Shown: positions 10,287 to 19,097 of the stretch, piece by piece
Numbering within the stretch: position 1 is the stretch's first letter
Layout of the letters: every line of letters begins with the position of its first letter
Source of the DNA: an uncultured Candidatus Altimarinota bacterium
GTDB taxonomy: Bacteria > Patescibacteriota > Gracilibacteria > BD1-5 > UBA2023
Length of the DNA: 43,995 nucleotides
Direction: 5' to 3'
NCBI GenBank assembly: GCA_938036655.1
Contig: CALHQS010000055.1
Span: forward strand, 1 to 43,995
The notes under the pieces: generated by a model
The model's database searches: none
Told to the model about the DNA's origin: nothing
Seen by the model: the letters and a program-made list of their open reading frames with translations, nothing else
Made by a program: the position numbers and the translations under genes

Positions 10287-10515
10287 TATGCGAAAAAATA
10301 CCAAAAAGTCGAGCCGCGTCGAGATTTTTTTGAAAAATTGACTTGCATTTTGATGAAAATATGTTTTGATACAAAAAAATCACCAACTTAAAAAAGTGGT
10401 GATTTGGAATTTGACGACTACAATTCATCTCAGCCATCTGGTTTGGAAATGCCAATATCAATTGCCATCCCAGCCATCGTGACCAATAAAAATAAATTTT
10501 TTTTCGAAAAGTCAA

Positions 10516-10536
10516 AGAAAAATCCCCACTGGGGAG
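10516..10536 (-). terminator. gatB terminator (tcccc-agt-gggga plus T-run on the minus strand)
   Basis: Hairpin 13 nt after the gatB TAA (10549-10551). Confidence 0.5.
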
Positions 10537-10548
10537 ATTTTTACAAAA

Positions 10549-11991
10549 TTACGACAATTTTTTCTTGAGAATTTCAGTGAACATTTTTGGATTTCCCTGG
10601 CCTTTTGAGGCTTTCATACATTGTCCCACAAAAAATCCAAACAAATTTTCTTTTCCACCCTTGTATTCTTCGACTTGTGACGCATTCTGTGCAAGCACTT
10701 CGTCCACAATCGCCTCAAGCGCACCCGTGTCATTAGATTGCTTGAGACCGAGCTTTTCTGTCCATTCCCGCGCATTTCCACCTTCAAAAACCAATTTTTC
10801 CATCACAATTTTTGAATTGGTTGACGAAATTTCATCTGCATTTACCATTTTAATCACTTCAGCAAATTCGCGAGTTTCAGCTTTTACATCGGCCAAAGTG
10901 ATTTTTTCTGGCGCACTTTCAAAAATTGCAAAAAGTACCGTCGTGATATACGAACAAGATTTTTTCGGATCACCAGAAATATTCACTAATTCTTCATAAA
11001 AATCGCTCGTAATTCGGTCGTTCGAAAGAATTCGCGCATCATCTTCGATCAATTTGTATTCGTTCAAATATTTGAGGCGGCGATCAATCGGTAATTCTGA
11101 AAGTTTTCGCTCAGAGATAAATTCGTCAGAAATGTGAAGTGGTGGCAAATCTGGATCTGGAAAATAGCGATAATCCATCGCATCTTCCTTGGAGCGAAGC
11201 GAAGTCGAATATCCCTTTTCATCGTTCCAACCGCGAGTTTCTTGATCGAGCGTTCCGCCTTCTTCGAGAATTTCTACCTGACGAGCAAATTCTGCGTCAA
11301 TAGCGCGTCCAATCGATGAGAATGAGTTAATATTTTTGAGCTCAACACGCGTTCCAAATTCTTTTTGGCCATGCGGGCGAATCGAAATATTCACATCACA
11401 ACGCAATTGTCCTTTTTCCATATCCGCATCAGAAGCACCACACCAACGCATCAATTTTTGAATTTCTTCAAGGTACGCGAGCACATCAGCTTTGGAACGA
11501 AAATCTGGCTCTGTCACAATTTCCATAAGTGGAGAACCTGCACGATTGTAGTCACAAAGCGTTTTTCCATTAGCATGCACAAGTTTTCCGGCATCATTTT
11601 CGATATGCATATGATGAATGCGGAAAGTTTTCAATTCGCCATCAACAAGCGTTCGAACTTCCCCGCCCATCGTGATTGGATGGTACATTTGCGTAATCTG
11701 GTACGCCATCGGCAAATCCGGATAAAAATAGCTTTTTCGGTCAAATTCACTCACATTTTGCACATGGGACGAAAGTGCGTGACTCGCGCGAACTGCCAAA
11801 TCTACAACACCCTCAGAAAGTGTCGGCAATTGTCCAGGAAATCCCATACAAACGGGACAAACATGAATATTTGGCTCTGGCGCCAAATCAGTCGCATTCT
11901 TACAAGTACAAAACATTTTCGTCTGAGACTTGACACGCACATGCGTTTCGAGACCCATAACAATCTCGTATTTATCGTGATAATTCGTCAT
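10549..11991 (-). CDS. gatB: Asp-tRNA(Asn)/Glu-tRNA(Gln) amidotransferase subunit B
   Basis: Full 480-aa ORF. YEIVMGLETHVRV, MFCTCKN, PVCMGFPGQLP and a C-terminal YqeY-like domain. Confidence 0.95.
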   Translation of the reverse strand: MTNYHDKYEIVMGLETHVRVKSQTKMFCTCKNATDLAPEPNIHVCPVCMGFPGQLPTLSEGVVDLAVRASHALSSHVQNVSEFDRKSYFYPDLPMAYQITQMYHPITMGGEVRTLVDGELKTFRIHHMHIENDAGKLVHANGKTLCDYNRAGSPLMEIVTEPDFRSKADVLAYLEEIQKLMRWCGASDADMEKGQLRCDVNISIRPHGQKEFGTRVELKNINSFSSIGRAIDAEFARQVEILEEGGTLDQETRGWNDEKGYSTSLRSKEDAMDYRYFPDPDLPPLHISDEFISERKLSELPIDRRLKYLNEYKLIEDDARILSNDRITSDFYEELVNISGDPKKSCSYITTVLFAIFESAPEKITLADVKAETREFAEVIKMVNADEISSTNSKIVMEKLVFEGGNAREWTEKLGLKQSNDTGALEAIVDEVLAQNASQVEEYKGGKENLFGFFVGQCMKASKGQGNPKMFTEILKKKLS

Positions 11992-12092
11992 AAAAAATTT
12001 TAATTTCTTTTATTGTATAGAAAATTGAAAAAAATCAACCAAAATTTTGTGAGAAATTTTGAGAAAAATCATTGGAAAATTTTGAAAAAATC

Positions 12093-12118
12093 AAAAAAGT
12101 CCCATACACTGATGGGAC
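12093..12118 (-). terminator. Hairpin gtcccat-N6-atgggac with a T-run on the minus strand
   Basis: 7-bp perfect stem directly after the stop of the 123-aa ORF (12131). Confidence 0.6.
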
Positions 12119-12130
12119 TTGAGTGAGATA

Positions 12131-12502
12131 TTACAACAAACTATAATATCTCATTTCCTCTTTCGTGAAAGACAGTTCACTCACTAAAAGAACGCTTCTT
12201 TCTCCATCTTTCCGAAAAACAATACGCTTCAGCCGAAGTATGTCGTTGTTAACGATAACTCGGACGCCTGTTTGTGTCATTTCTGACTCATTAAGATCAG
12301 AAATGGTGATCGCCCCGTCTGAATCTGTGATATATTCTCGAAAACGATTTCGAGAATTTTCTGGTGTTTGGGGTATGCGCTCAATACTGAGCGAAATCCC
12401 AGACAACATTTGTCGTCGATGACCACGCACACGAATTTTGGCGCGCCATACACGTCTTTGTGCCACTACATCAATCCTTTCAAAAAAAGAAGTTTCTCCC
12501 AA
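12131..12502 (-). CDS. Hypothetical 123-aa protein, Arg-rich N-terminus, TTG start
   Basis: ORF with no ATG start. An in-frame TAA lies just upstream, so the first plausible start is TTG at 12502. GC-richer than its surroundings, followed by its own terminator. No family recognised. Confidence 0.4.
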   Translation of the reverse strand: MGETSFFERIDVVAQRRVWRAKIRVRGHRRQMLSGISLSIERIPQTPENSRNRFREYITDSDGAITISDLNESEMTQTGVRVIVNNDILRLKRIVFRKDGERSVLLVSELSFTKEEMRYYSLL

Positions 12503-12588
12503 AATCGGGATTGGAATTATTTTAGGAGTTTTTCATTATTTGTCAAATGAGAAATAAAAAAAGCCAACAAATGTTGGCCAGCAAATTT

Positions 12589-12789
12589 TTAAAAATTAAA
12601 AAATTCAGAAAAAGCACATATTATGGCCAAAATCCCAAGAATTTTTCCGGTGATGTTTTTGGCAACAAATATATAAATAACGCCCATTGTCAAGACGAAT
12701 ATGGCGGAAAATTGAAACATTATAATGATAATTCCTATCAAAAATAATGCCAAAATCCACCAAATCTTGCTTTGATTTTGATAGAGCAT
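12589..12789 (-). CDS. Small (66 aa) two-helix hydrophobic protein, paralog of 12901..13104
   Basis: ATG at 12789 preceded by GGGAG-N6. MLYQNQSKIWWILALFLIGIIIIMF...GKILGILAIICAFSEFFNF. Followed by the hairpin gccaac-N4-gttggc plus T-run. Confidence 0.55.
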   Translation of the reverse strand: MLYQNQSKIWWILALFLIGIIIIMFQFSAIFVLTMGVIYIFVAKNITGKILGILAIICAFSEFFNF

Positions 12790-12900
12790 AATTTTCTCCC
12801 AATCAAATTTCTGACAAAAATATTTTAATTGAGAAAATAAAATTGTCAATTAAAATATTGAAAAAGAAAAAGCCGGAAAATTCCAGCTTTGAGAAAATCT

Positions 12901-13104
12901 TCAAAAATTAAAAATTTTCCCGAGGATTCCAATCACGAGCAAAGCGACGACTATTCTGGCGAACAGCGTCTTCACTCGAGAAAGGAACCAAATTGCAATC
13001 ACCAACGCCACCCAAAATGGCTTGATTGGCAACATAATGAACCCAATGAGCAACAACATTGGCATACACAAAATAATGAATGTCCATTTGAGAAATGTAA
13101 GCAT
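12901..13104 (-). CDS. Small (67 aa) two-helix hydrophobic protein, paralog of 12589..12789
   Basis: ATG at 13104 preceded by GAGGAG-N5. MLTFLKWTFIILCMPMLLLIGFIML...VALLVIGILGKIFNF. Shares the C-terminal FNF with its paralog. Confidence 0.55.
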   Translation of the reverse strand: MLTFLKWTFIILCMPMLLLIGFIMLPIKPFWVALVIAIWFLSRVKTLFARIVVALLVIGILGKIFNF

Positions 13105-13194
13105 TTTCGCTCCTCTTTCAGGAAAAATTGATGACACGAGCATTTTGCCATAAAAAATAAAAATGTCAAGGAGTTTTCATCGAAAAAATCCATA

Positions 13195-13244
13195 TTGCGA
13201 ATTTTCGCAAAAAATTTGAATTTTCAAAAAAATATGCTATACTC
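13195..13244 (+). promoter_or_regulatory. Promoter (TTGAAT-N17-TATACT) overlapped by two palindromes, TTGCGAATTTTCGCAA and TTTGAATTTTCAAA
   Basis: Palindromes at 13195-13210 and 13214-13227. -10 at 13239-13244, 26 nt before the ATG of the first fur-family gene. Confidence 0.4.
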
Positions 13245-13269
13245 TTCGGGTTATTTTAAAATTTTGAAT

Positions 13270-13641
13270 ATGACTGATACTCGCATTACGCGGCCGCGAC
13301 GGATTTTTGTCGAATATATTGGAACGGTTGGAAAATCCACTTTTACTGATCTCAAAGCGAATCTTGTAGGAAAATGAGAAGACAAAATGGACCTGACGAC
13401 ACTCTATCGAATGATTGAAATTTTCAAAAGTCAGGGCCTCATCCACGAAGTGAAACACCAAAATGAACGAATTGTTTTCTTGGTGACGGACGATTTTAAT
13501 CCAAATCGCGACAGCGTAGAAATCTCGATTTGTGAAAATTGTGGAAATATCGAGACAATTTATGAGCCGCTTCCGCCAAATTTCACGGCCCGATCAATCG
13601 AAAATCGCCTCAAATCTTGTGATAAATGCGTTATTCTCTAA
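13270..13641 (+). CDS. Fur-family metalloregulator (paralog 1)
   Basis: Track ORFs 13195..13377 and 13387..13641 are in one frame, joined by a sense TGA at 13375-13377. Winged-helix segment TLYRMIEIFKSQGLIHEV. C-terminal CENCG...CDKC metal-site pairs. Confidence 0.75.
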
Positions 13642-13664
13642 TCCCTTTCTGAAGGGATTTTTTG
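13641..13664 (+). terminator. Intrinsic terminator atccctt-tctg-aagggat plus T-run
   Basis: Starts at the last base of the TAA stop (13639-13641) of fur paralog 1. Confidence 0.7.
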
Positions 13665-13929
13665 ATGGAAATTTTGGATTTGTCAAAAATAAAATTTCGC
13701 GCGAAATGATTTTTTTGTTTGCAAATTATTGGAAAGATCTTTTGTAAAAAACTTGCATGTGCAAAAGTCTTGTCCTGGAGAAAATCACATCATTTCCTGT
13801 TATAGTAGAAAAAAAATTGCCCGGAATGGCAACCCCAAAAAATCCGGAGCGAAGCGATTTTTTTGCAAATTACATCATTATTGGAATGTTTGACAGAAAT
13901 TTAAAAAATAAATTTTCTTGTAAAAAAAC

Positions 13930-13956
13930 TTGCATTTGCAGAAAAATGCATATAAT
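13930..13956 (+). promoter_or_regulatory. Promoter TTGCAT-N15-TATAAT with embedded TGCA-N6-TGCA dyad
   Basis: -35 at 13930-13935, -10 at 13951-13956, 30 nt before the ATG of fur paralog 2. A partial copy of the same module lies at about 13700-13767. Confidence 0.45.
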
Positions 13957-13986
13957 AATTTTTGCAAAGTTAAAAAATAAAAAAAT

Positions 13987-14334
13987 ATGTTGTCAACAAT
14001 TCATCAAAGAAATATTTTGGAAATGTTTCAAAAAGAAAAATCAATTTCATTAGATGATTTAAAAAATCGCTTTGTAGAGCCGAAAATAATGAATCAAACG
14101 ACCCTGTATCGAATTCTAGAACGCTGGAAATCTGAAAAAATGATTTATGAAATCGAAGTTGAGAAAAAGCGGATTTTTATGCTTTGTGATCATCATCACG
14201 AAAACGAGGGCATCCAGATTTCGTATTGCAAAAGTTGTGAAAATGTTCAGGAATCGCATTTTCCACTTCCAGAAAACGCGGAGTACGCCGAAACAGTGCA
14301 ATTCCTCAAAAAATGTGAACATTGTGAAAAATAA
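13987..14334 (+). CDS. Fur-family metalloregulator (paralog 2), first gene of the operon
   Basis: 115 aa. TLYRILERWKSEKMIYEI, HHHENEG, CKSCENV...CEHCEK. Only 9 nt separate it from the next gene. Confidence 0.75.
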   Translation: MLSTIHQRNILEMFQKEKSISLDDLKNRFVEPKIMNQTTLYRILERWKSEKMIYEIEVEKKRIFMLCDHHHENEGIQISYCKSCENVQESHFPLPENAEYAETVQFLKKCEHCEK

Positions 14335-14343
14335 TTTTTTTGT

Positions 14344-15582
14344 ATGAATATTTCAGAAAATCTTAAAAAAAATCTACGAAAAATCCTTATCGAGGATGAA
14401 ATCGAGGCCATCAGCGTCGTCAATCCTGAACAATTTGAGAAAAATATTGAAAATTTTGAAAAAATTCTTGAAGAAAATCGTCTCAAATACGCGATTCATT
14501 CAGTTTTGAAAGTCAATCATTCGAATGCTCTGCTTGGCGTTGCGAAATCGAAAAATCTGCGCGCGGATGTGTCGTCAATAGGAGAACTCAATCAGGCGCT
14601 TGCAATGGGATTTTCGGGCGAAAATATCACGAGCAACGGCCCAAAAAATCGAAAATTTCTGAACAAAAGTATCGAAATCGGCGCAACCATCGCAGTGGAT
14701 AGTATTGAGGAACTTGAAAAAATCACAAAAATTGCCAGCGAAAAAAATCAAAAAATCTCGATTATTCCGAGGCTCAGTGCATTCAAAGATGCACCCCACG
14801 CGCGCTTTGGAATCGCAAAATGGCTTTGGAATCTTGCGATCAATATTATCGAAAAAAATCGTGAAAATCTCGATGTTTTAGGCTATCATTTTCATATCGA
14901 TACTCTTGATGTGAATGCGAGAATTGATATTTTTTGGGAAAGTATTGAATTTTACAAAAAATTGCTCGCGATTGGATTTGCGCCAAAAATTATTGATATT
15001 GGCGGTTCGTATGGTACTTTTTACCAAAATGACAGCATTAAGAACTTTGGAAACTCTGGAATTGAGCATCAAAAAATGTATCAAAATCCTGAATATGCTG
15101 GTGAAAAATCTTTGGAACAAATTTTAACAAAAACAAGTCCAGGGAAGCCTGCCATCAAAGATTTTTTCCGCGAAAATAATATCACACTTTGGATTGAACC
15201 TGGAAGGTCGCTTTTGGGAAATAATGTCGGTTTTGTCGCGACGACAGTGCTCGGGACGCGCGAAGACAGCCTCATCGTGAATACACATTCTTTTGCACTG
15301 GGAATGCGCGAGGAAGAATTACCGACCAATCCGATTCTCGTAGACGATGCGTACGGCGAGAAAAATAATTTTTATTATTTTTTGGGAAATTTATGTCTTA
15401 GGAGTGATATAATATATTCCCGAAATATCGGTTTTGCACGAAAAGTTCATGAAAATGACATTATTATTTTTCCAAATATGGCAGCATATCATATGGATTT
15501 TTATGAAACAGAAAGCATCGCTCATCCTAAAAAAGTAAAATTTTTTGAGGATAAAAATGGCGATTTGGCACGCGATTTCTAA
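14344..15582 (+). CDS. Fold-type III PLP-dependent decarboxylase (Orn/DAP/Arg decarboxylase family, SbnH-like)
   Basis: 412 aa. HSVLKVN (PLP-Lys context), ADVSSIGELNQAL, GYHFHIDT, IDIGGSYG and EPGRSLLGN match the family's signature positions. Confidence 0.75.
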   Translation: MNISENLKKNLRKILIEDEIEAISVVNPEQFEKNIENFEKILEENRLKYAIHSVLKVNHSNALLGVAKSKNLRADVSSIGELNQALAMGFSGENITSNGPKNRKFLNKSIEIGATIAVDSIEELEKITKIASEKNQKISIIPRLSAFKDAPHARFGIAKWLWNLAINIIEKNRENLDVLGYHFHIDTLDVNARIDIFWESIEFYKKLLAIGFAPKIIDIGGSYGTFYQNDSIKNFGNSGIEHQKMYQNPEYAGEKSLEQILTKTSPGKPAIKDFFRENNITLWIEPGRSLLGNNVGFVATTVLGTREDSLIVNTHSFALGMREEELPTNPILVDDAYGEKNNFYYFLGNLCLRSDIIYSRNIGFARKVHENDIIIFPNMAAYHMDFYETESIAHPKKVKFFEDKNGDLARDF

Positions 15583-15593
15583 TTTTTATTTTT

Positions 15594-16295
15594 ATGAATA
15601 CACCGCAAAATAACAAAAAGATCGAAGAATTTTCCGACGAAATGGGAAATACTTTTATACCAATTTCTAATATTACTAATTTTATCAAGATGCAAACAAA
15701 TGATATTCTTCCCAAAGAGAAAGTTTTACCCGCTCAAAAAAAACCAAATATCACTATGACACAAAATAATATTCTTCTCAACAAAAACACGCCAACACCT
15801 AAACAATGAGCGCAAGACAAAACGCCAACACCTAAAGAATGGGCGCAAGGCGAAACTGAGAAAAAAATCAGCCACGAAGCAAAAATTCAAAAAGAGCAAT
15901 TTTTGAAACAATATTTTGAAATGGATGTGGACGCGACGCAAAATCGCCCAAATATCAAAAATGTTAATCTCGATGACGAAAATGCTATTTTTCAATTTGC
16001 CGCATTACAAAACATCGCGTGTGCGTTTAGTTGTTGTATTGATACAACAACTCCTGGTAGAATCGAGGAAATTGGGAAAATTTTTCAAGGGAAAAATGAC
16101 GGAAAATTTGTGCATTTTGTAATTTATCCAAGCCCAAAATGGGGCGCAATTAAGTTACAAAACCCAAAAGAAGCACTCGCATATTTTGAGGTTTACCTCA
16201 AAGACGAACCGCAAAATGATGCTGAAAAAGCTGATGTTATGGCACAATTTCGCACACTTTCTCACACTGTAAAAAATCAAAATGATCATCAATAA
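15594..16295 (+). CDS. Hypothetical 233-aa protein with an in-frame 33-nt tandem duplication
   Basis: Track ORFs 15594..15809 and 15903..16295 are one frame joined by a sense TGA at 15807-15809. TPTPKQ[TGA]AQDK / TPTPKEWAQGE. No family recognised. Its last 14 nt overlap the start of the next gene. Confidence 0.55.
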
Positions 16296-17550
16296 TATCC
16301 AAGAAGTTATCGGAAATACACCACTTTTTCTGATTCCAGAAAAAATCCACGGCATCAAGGGGCTCGAATTGTATGCAAAATGTGAATTCTTGAACCCGTT
16401 CGGTTCAGTCAAAGATCGCACTGCGATGGGACTCCTTCGTGAAGCGAAAAACTACGAATATATCATTGAATCCTCGAGCGGAAATACTGCGAAGGCTCTA
16501 GGGATTTTGGCGAGTGTTCAGGGGAAAAAATTGCTCGATGTCTCAAATAAAATACATCTACAAGAAGTCGAAGATATTATCAAAATTATTGGAACAGAAA
16601 TCAAAAGTCTGCCGGCTGGTTCAGAGTGTCCCGACCCAACTAATCCAAATTCTCCACTCAAAGCCATCAATCGGATTATGAGTGAAAACCCTGGAAAATA
16701 TTATTATACGGATCAATTTTCTAATACAGGAAATCCAAAAATTCACGAAGAAACAACCGCCAAAGAAATTGATGATGATATCGGAACGCCAGATTTTTTC
16801 TTTGCAGGACTCGGAACAACCGGCTCCAGTAAAGGAATCCGTGATTATTTTGCAAGCCGCGGAAATATGCAAAGTATTGGTATCATCACAGCAGGACATT
16901 CGTATTTACCAGGTATTCGCAACAGCCAAGAAATGTTTGAAGTTGGGCTTTTTGACCCAAAACTCTACGCAGATTTTAGTGAAGTAGATGAGCAAAACGC
17001 GATTGACTACATGCTCGTACTTATCAGGAAATGTGGTCTCCTCGTGGGACCAACTTCTGGTGCTACATTTTTTGGTGCGATTCAATATTTCAAAAAACAA
17101 AATCCTGAAGATCTTATTGGGAAAAAGGCGGTTTTTATCGCTTGTGATCGCTTGGAGTCGTACACTGGATATTTACGAGAAAAACGAAAATCTCTTTTTG
17201 AAGAAGAAATTTTGGAAACAATTCCAAAAAATTCAGAAAAAATCGCAGTCCAGACAATCGAAAATATTGAAGAAAATTCTGGCGAAATCCTCGTGGATAT
17301 GCGAAGTTATGTTTCGTACGATCTTGGGCATATTAAGGGAAGTCTCAATTTTCCATTCGAGGATCTCAGAAAATATCTAGCGAGCGATTATTTGCCGTTT
17401 CCCAAGGAATCGAAAATTATTTTTATTTGTCCGTTTGGCGAAGAATCCGCGATTTTGGCGGAAATGTGAGCCAAGCTCGGATATAACGCCAGTTCGCTTG
17501 CTGGCGGATTTCTAGAATTTAGAGAAAAATTTCCTGAAAAAATTGTGTAA
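16282..17550 (+). CDS. CysK/CysM/SbnA-like PLP enzyme fused to a C-terminal rhodanese domain
   Basis: GNTPLF...EFLNPFGSVKDRTA...SSSGNTAKAL...GLGTTGSS...GPTSGA (cysteine-synthase fold). After about residue 320: VDMRSYVSYDLGHIKGSLNFP...FICPFGEESAILAEM[TGA]AKLGYNASSLAGGF (rhodanese). The sense TGA at 17467-17469 extends the ORF to TAA at 17550. Confidence 0.75.
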
Positions 17551-17566
17551 ATTTTGGCAATTTTCT

Positions 17567-17594
17567 TTGAAAAAATCGCGTTTTGTGTTACAAT
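17567..17594 (+). promoter_or_regulatory. Possible internal promoter TTGAAA-N16-TACAAT
   Basis: In the only sizeable intergenic gap (50 nt) of the operon, just upstream of the ATG at 17601. Confidence 0.35.
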
Positions 17595-17600
17595 GCGAGC

Positions 17601-19088
17601 ATGAAAAAATTTTTACTCATTCTCGCGTTATTGTTCGCATTTTTTGGAAATATTTTTGGAGCGCTCGCCTGCGCGTTGCCGCCCGATATTTTGCACGAAT
17701 TTCGCATCGATGCCTCTCAAAATCCTGTCAAAATCGAGTATTCACTGATGGCTTGGGAAAATCTCAAACCGCAAGTTCTCTCGACACTTGAAAATAATTC
17801 TCATGCGAAAATTTCGGAAAATTTTGAAAAAATTCTCGAAGAAAATATTACACAAAATGCACATTTTTCTTTTGATGGCACGCCTTTTTCGCTCAAATTT
17901 TTAAGTGGATCGGTTGTTGAAAATACCGAAAATGAGCCTGGAAATTATTTACCAAATCCAATTCTGAAAGCCACTTTTTCGACGGATATTTCGGTAGATT
18001 GGGAGAAAATCAATACTTTCTCGCTTGATTTTAACAAAAAACCGCTGCTCGATATTTCGCCGTTAATTCATCCATATATCGCGACAACAATGCAGAATCC
18101 GCAAGGATATCAGGGCTATGTGATGGACGCCAATGGAAAAATCTGGGATTTATACATACATAATTCGCAAAAAATCGTCATCAAAAGTGAATTCACGGAA
18201 GAGGCTGAAATCAATCATTTTGCGCTTTCGTTCGGACGAGAAAATGATACTTTCGTGAATCCCAACGATACGCGAACGACTACCCCACGCGCTTCTGTTC
18301 CGGATAAACTCAGCAACCCAAATGCTGAGACTATCGATCTTTTCCAACCTGGGCAAACGCTCAAAAATTTTCTTGACAACAATACAGGTTTTGGCCTCAA
18401 AATCGTGGGAATCGTGGTGGCATTGCTCGCAGGGATGGCGCACGGACTATTGCCGGGACATTCCAAAAGCTTGCTCGTAGGATATGTTTCAAATAGCGGA
18501 AGACTCCGTAAAAATGAAATTTTCACTATCATTGCTGGCGTGACTTCTTCGCATACGATGTTTATTTTTCTCTTGGCAATTGTCATTATTGTTCTAGAAA
18601 AATGAACCAGCTTTTCAGCTCAGTTGACGGAAAAATTCGGCGCTGGATTGTATATGATTTTTGGAATTTTTTTCGCGTGGCAAGCCATCAAATTTTTTAG
18701 AAAAAAATCAGATAATTTTGCTAATTTTGGCCGAAATCCACTCAAAAATTCTCTCGAAAATCATCCAAGCAACTGCGCGTGTTGTCAGACGGGAAATACC
18801 AAAAATGCCTTAATGGTGGGACTTTTGGCGGGGCTCGTTCCTTGTATCGATGCGCTAGCGCTTTTTGTTTTTGCGATTGGAATCGGCAATGTGTGGTATT
18901 CTTTTTTCATTATTATCGCATTTTCGCTCGGGCTCGGCTTGATGCTCGCAATCATCGCCTTTTCCCTTTCGTCTGGGAAAAATTTTCTTCACAAAATCGG
19001 ACCAAATTTTGCCAACAATTTTTCTAATTTTTTGACGCTTTTGGCAGGGATTTTTCTCATTGTGATGGGACTTTCTAAAATTTTTTAA
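17601..19088 (+). CDS. Fusion of a secreted/periplasmic domain (DUF1007-like?) and a NicO/RcnA-type (COG2215) metal permease
   Basis: Signal peptide MKKFLLILALLFAFFGNIFGALA, a soluble domain of about 250 aa, then TM helices with GMAHGLLPGHSKSLLVGY and GLLAGLVPCIDALALF. Track ORFs 17583..18605 and 18624..19088 are in frame across a sense TGA at 18603-18605. Confidence 0.65.
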
Positions 19089-19097
19089 AATATTTTT

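Noticed and set aside
10249-10515. 88-aa track ORF in the GT-gatB intergenic region.
   Set aside because: It spans two terminator hairpins and the GT promoter region, has no homolog-like features, and overlaps the GT start.
15789-15849. UGA = Trp (code 4, Mollicutes-like), suggested by the TGA/TGG difference between two repeat copies and again at 10445-10490.
   Set aside because: At least eight TGAs in strongly conserved motifs of UvrC, RsmA, PNPase, GlmS and Tex align with invariant Gly, never with Trp. The repeat differences are better read as TGG>TGA transitions.
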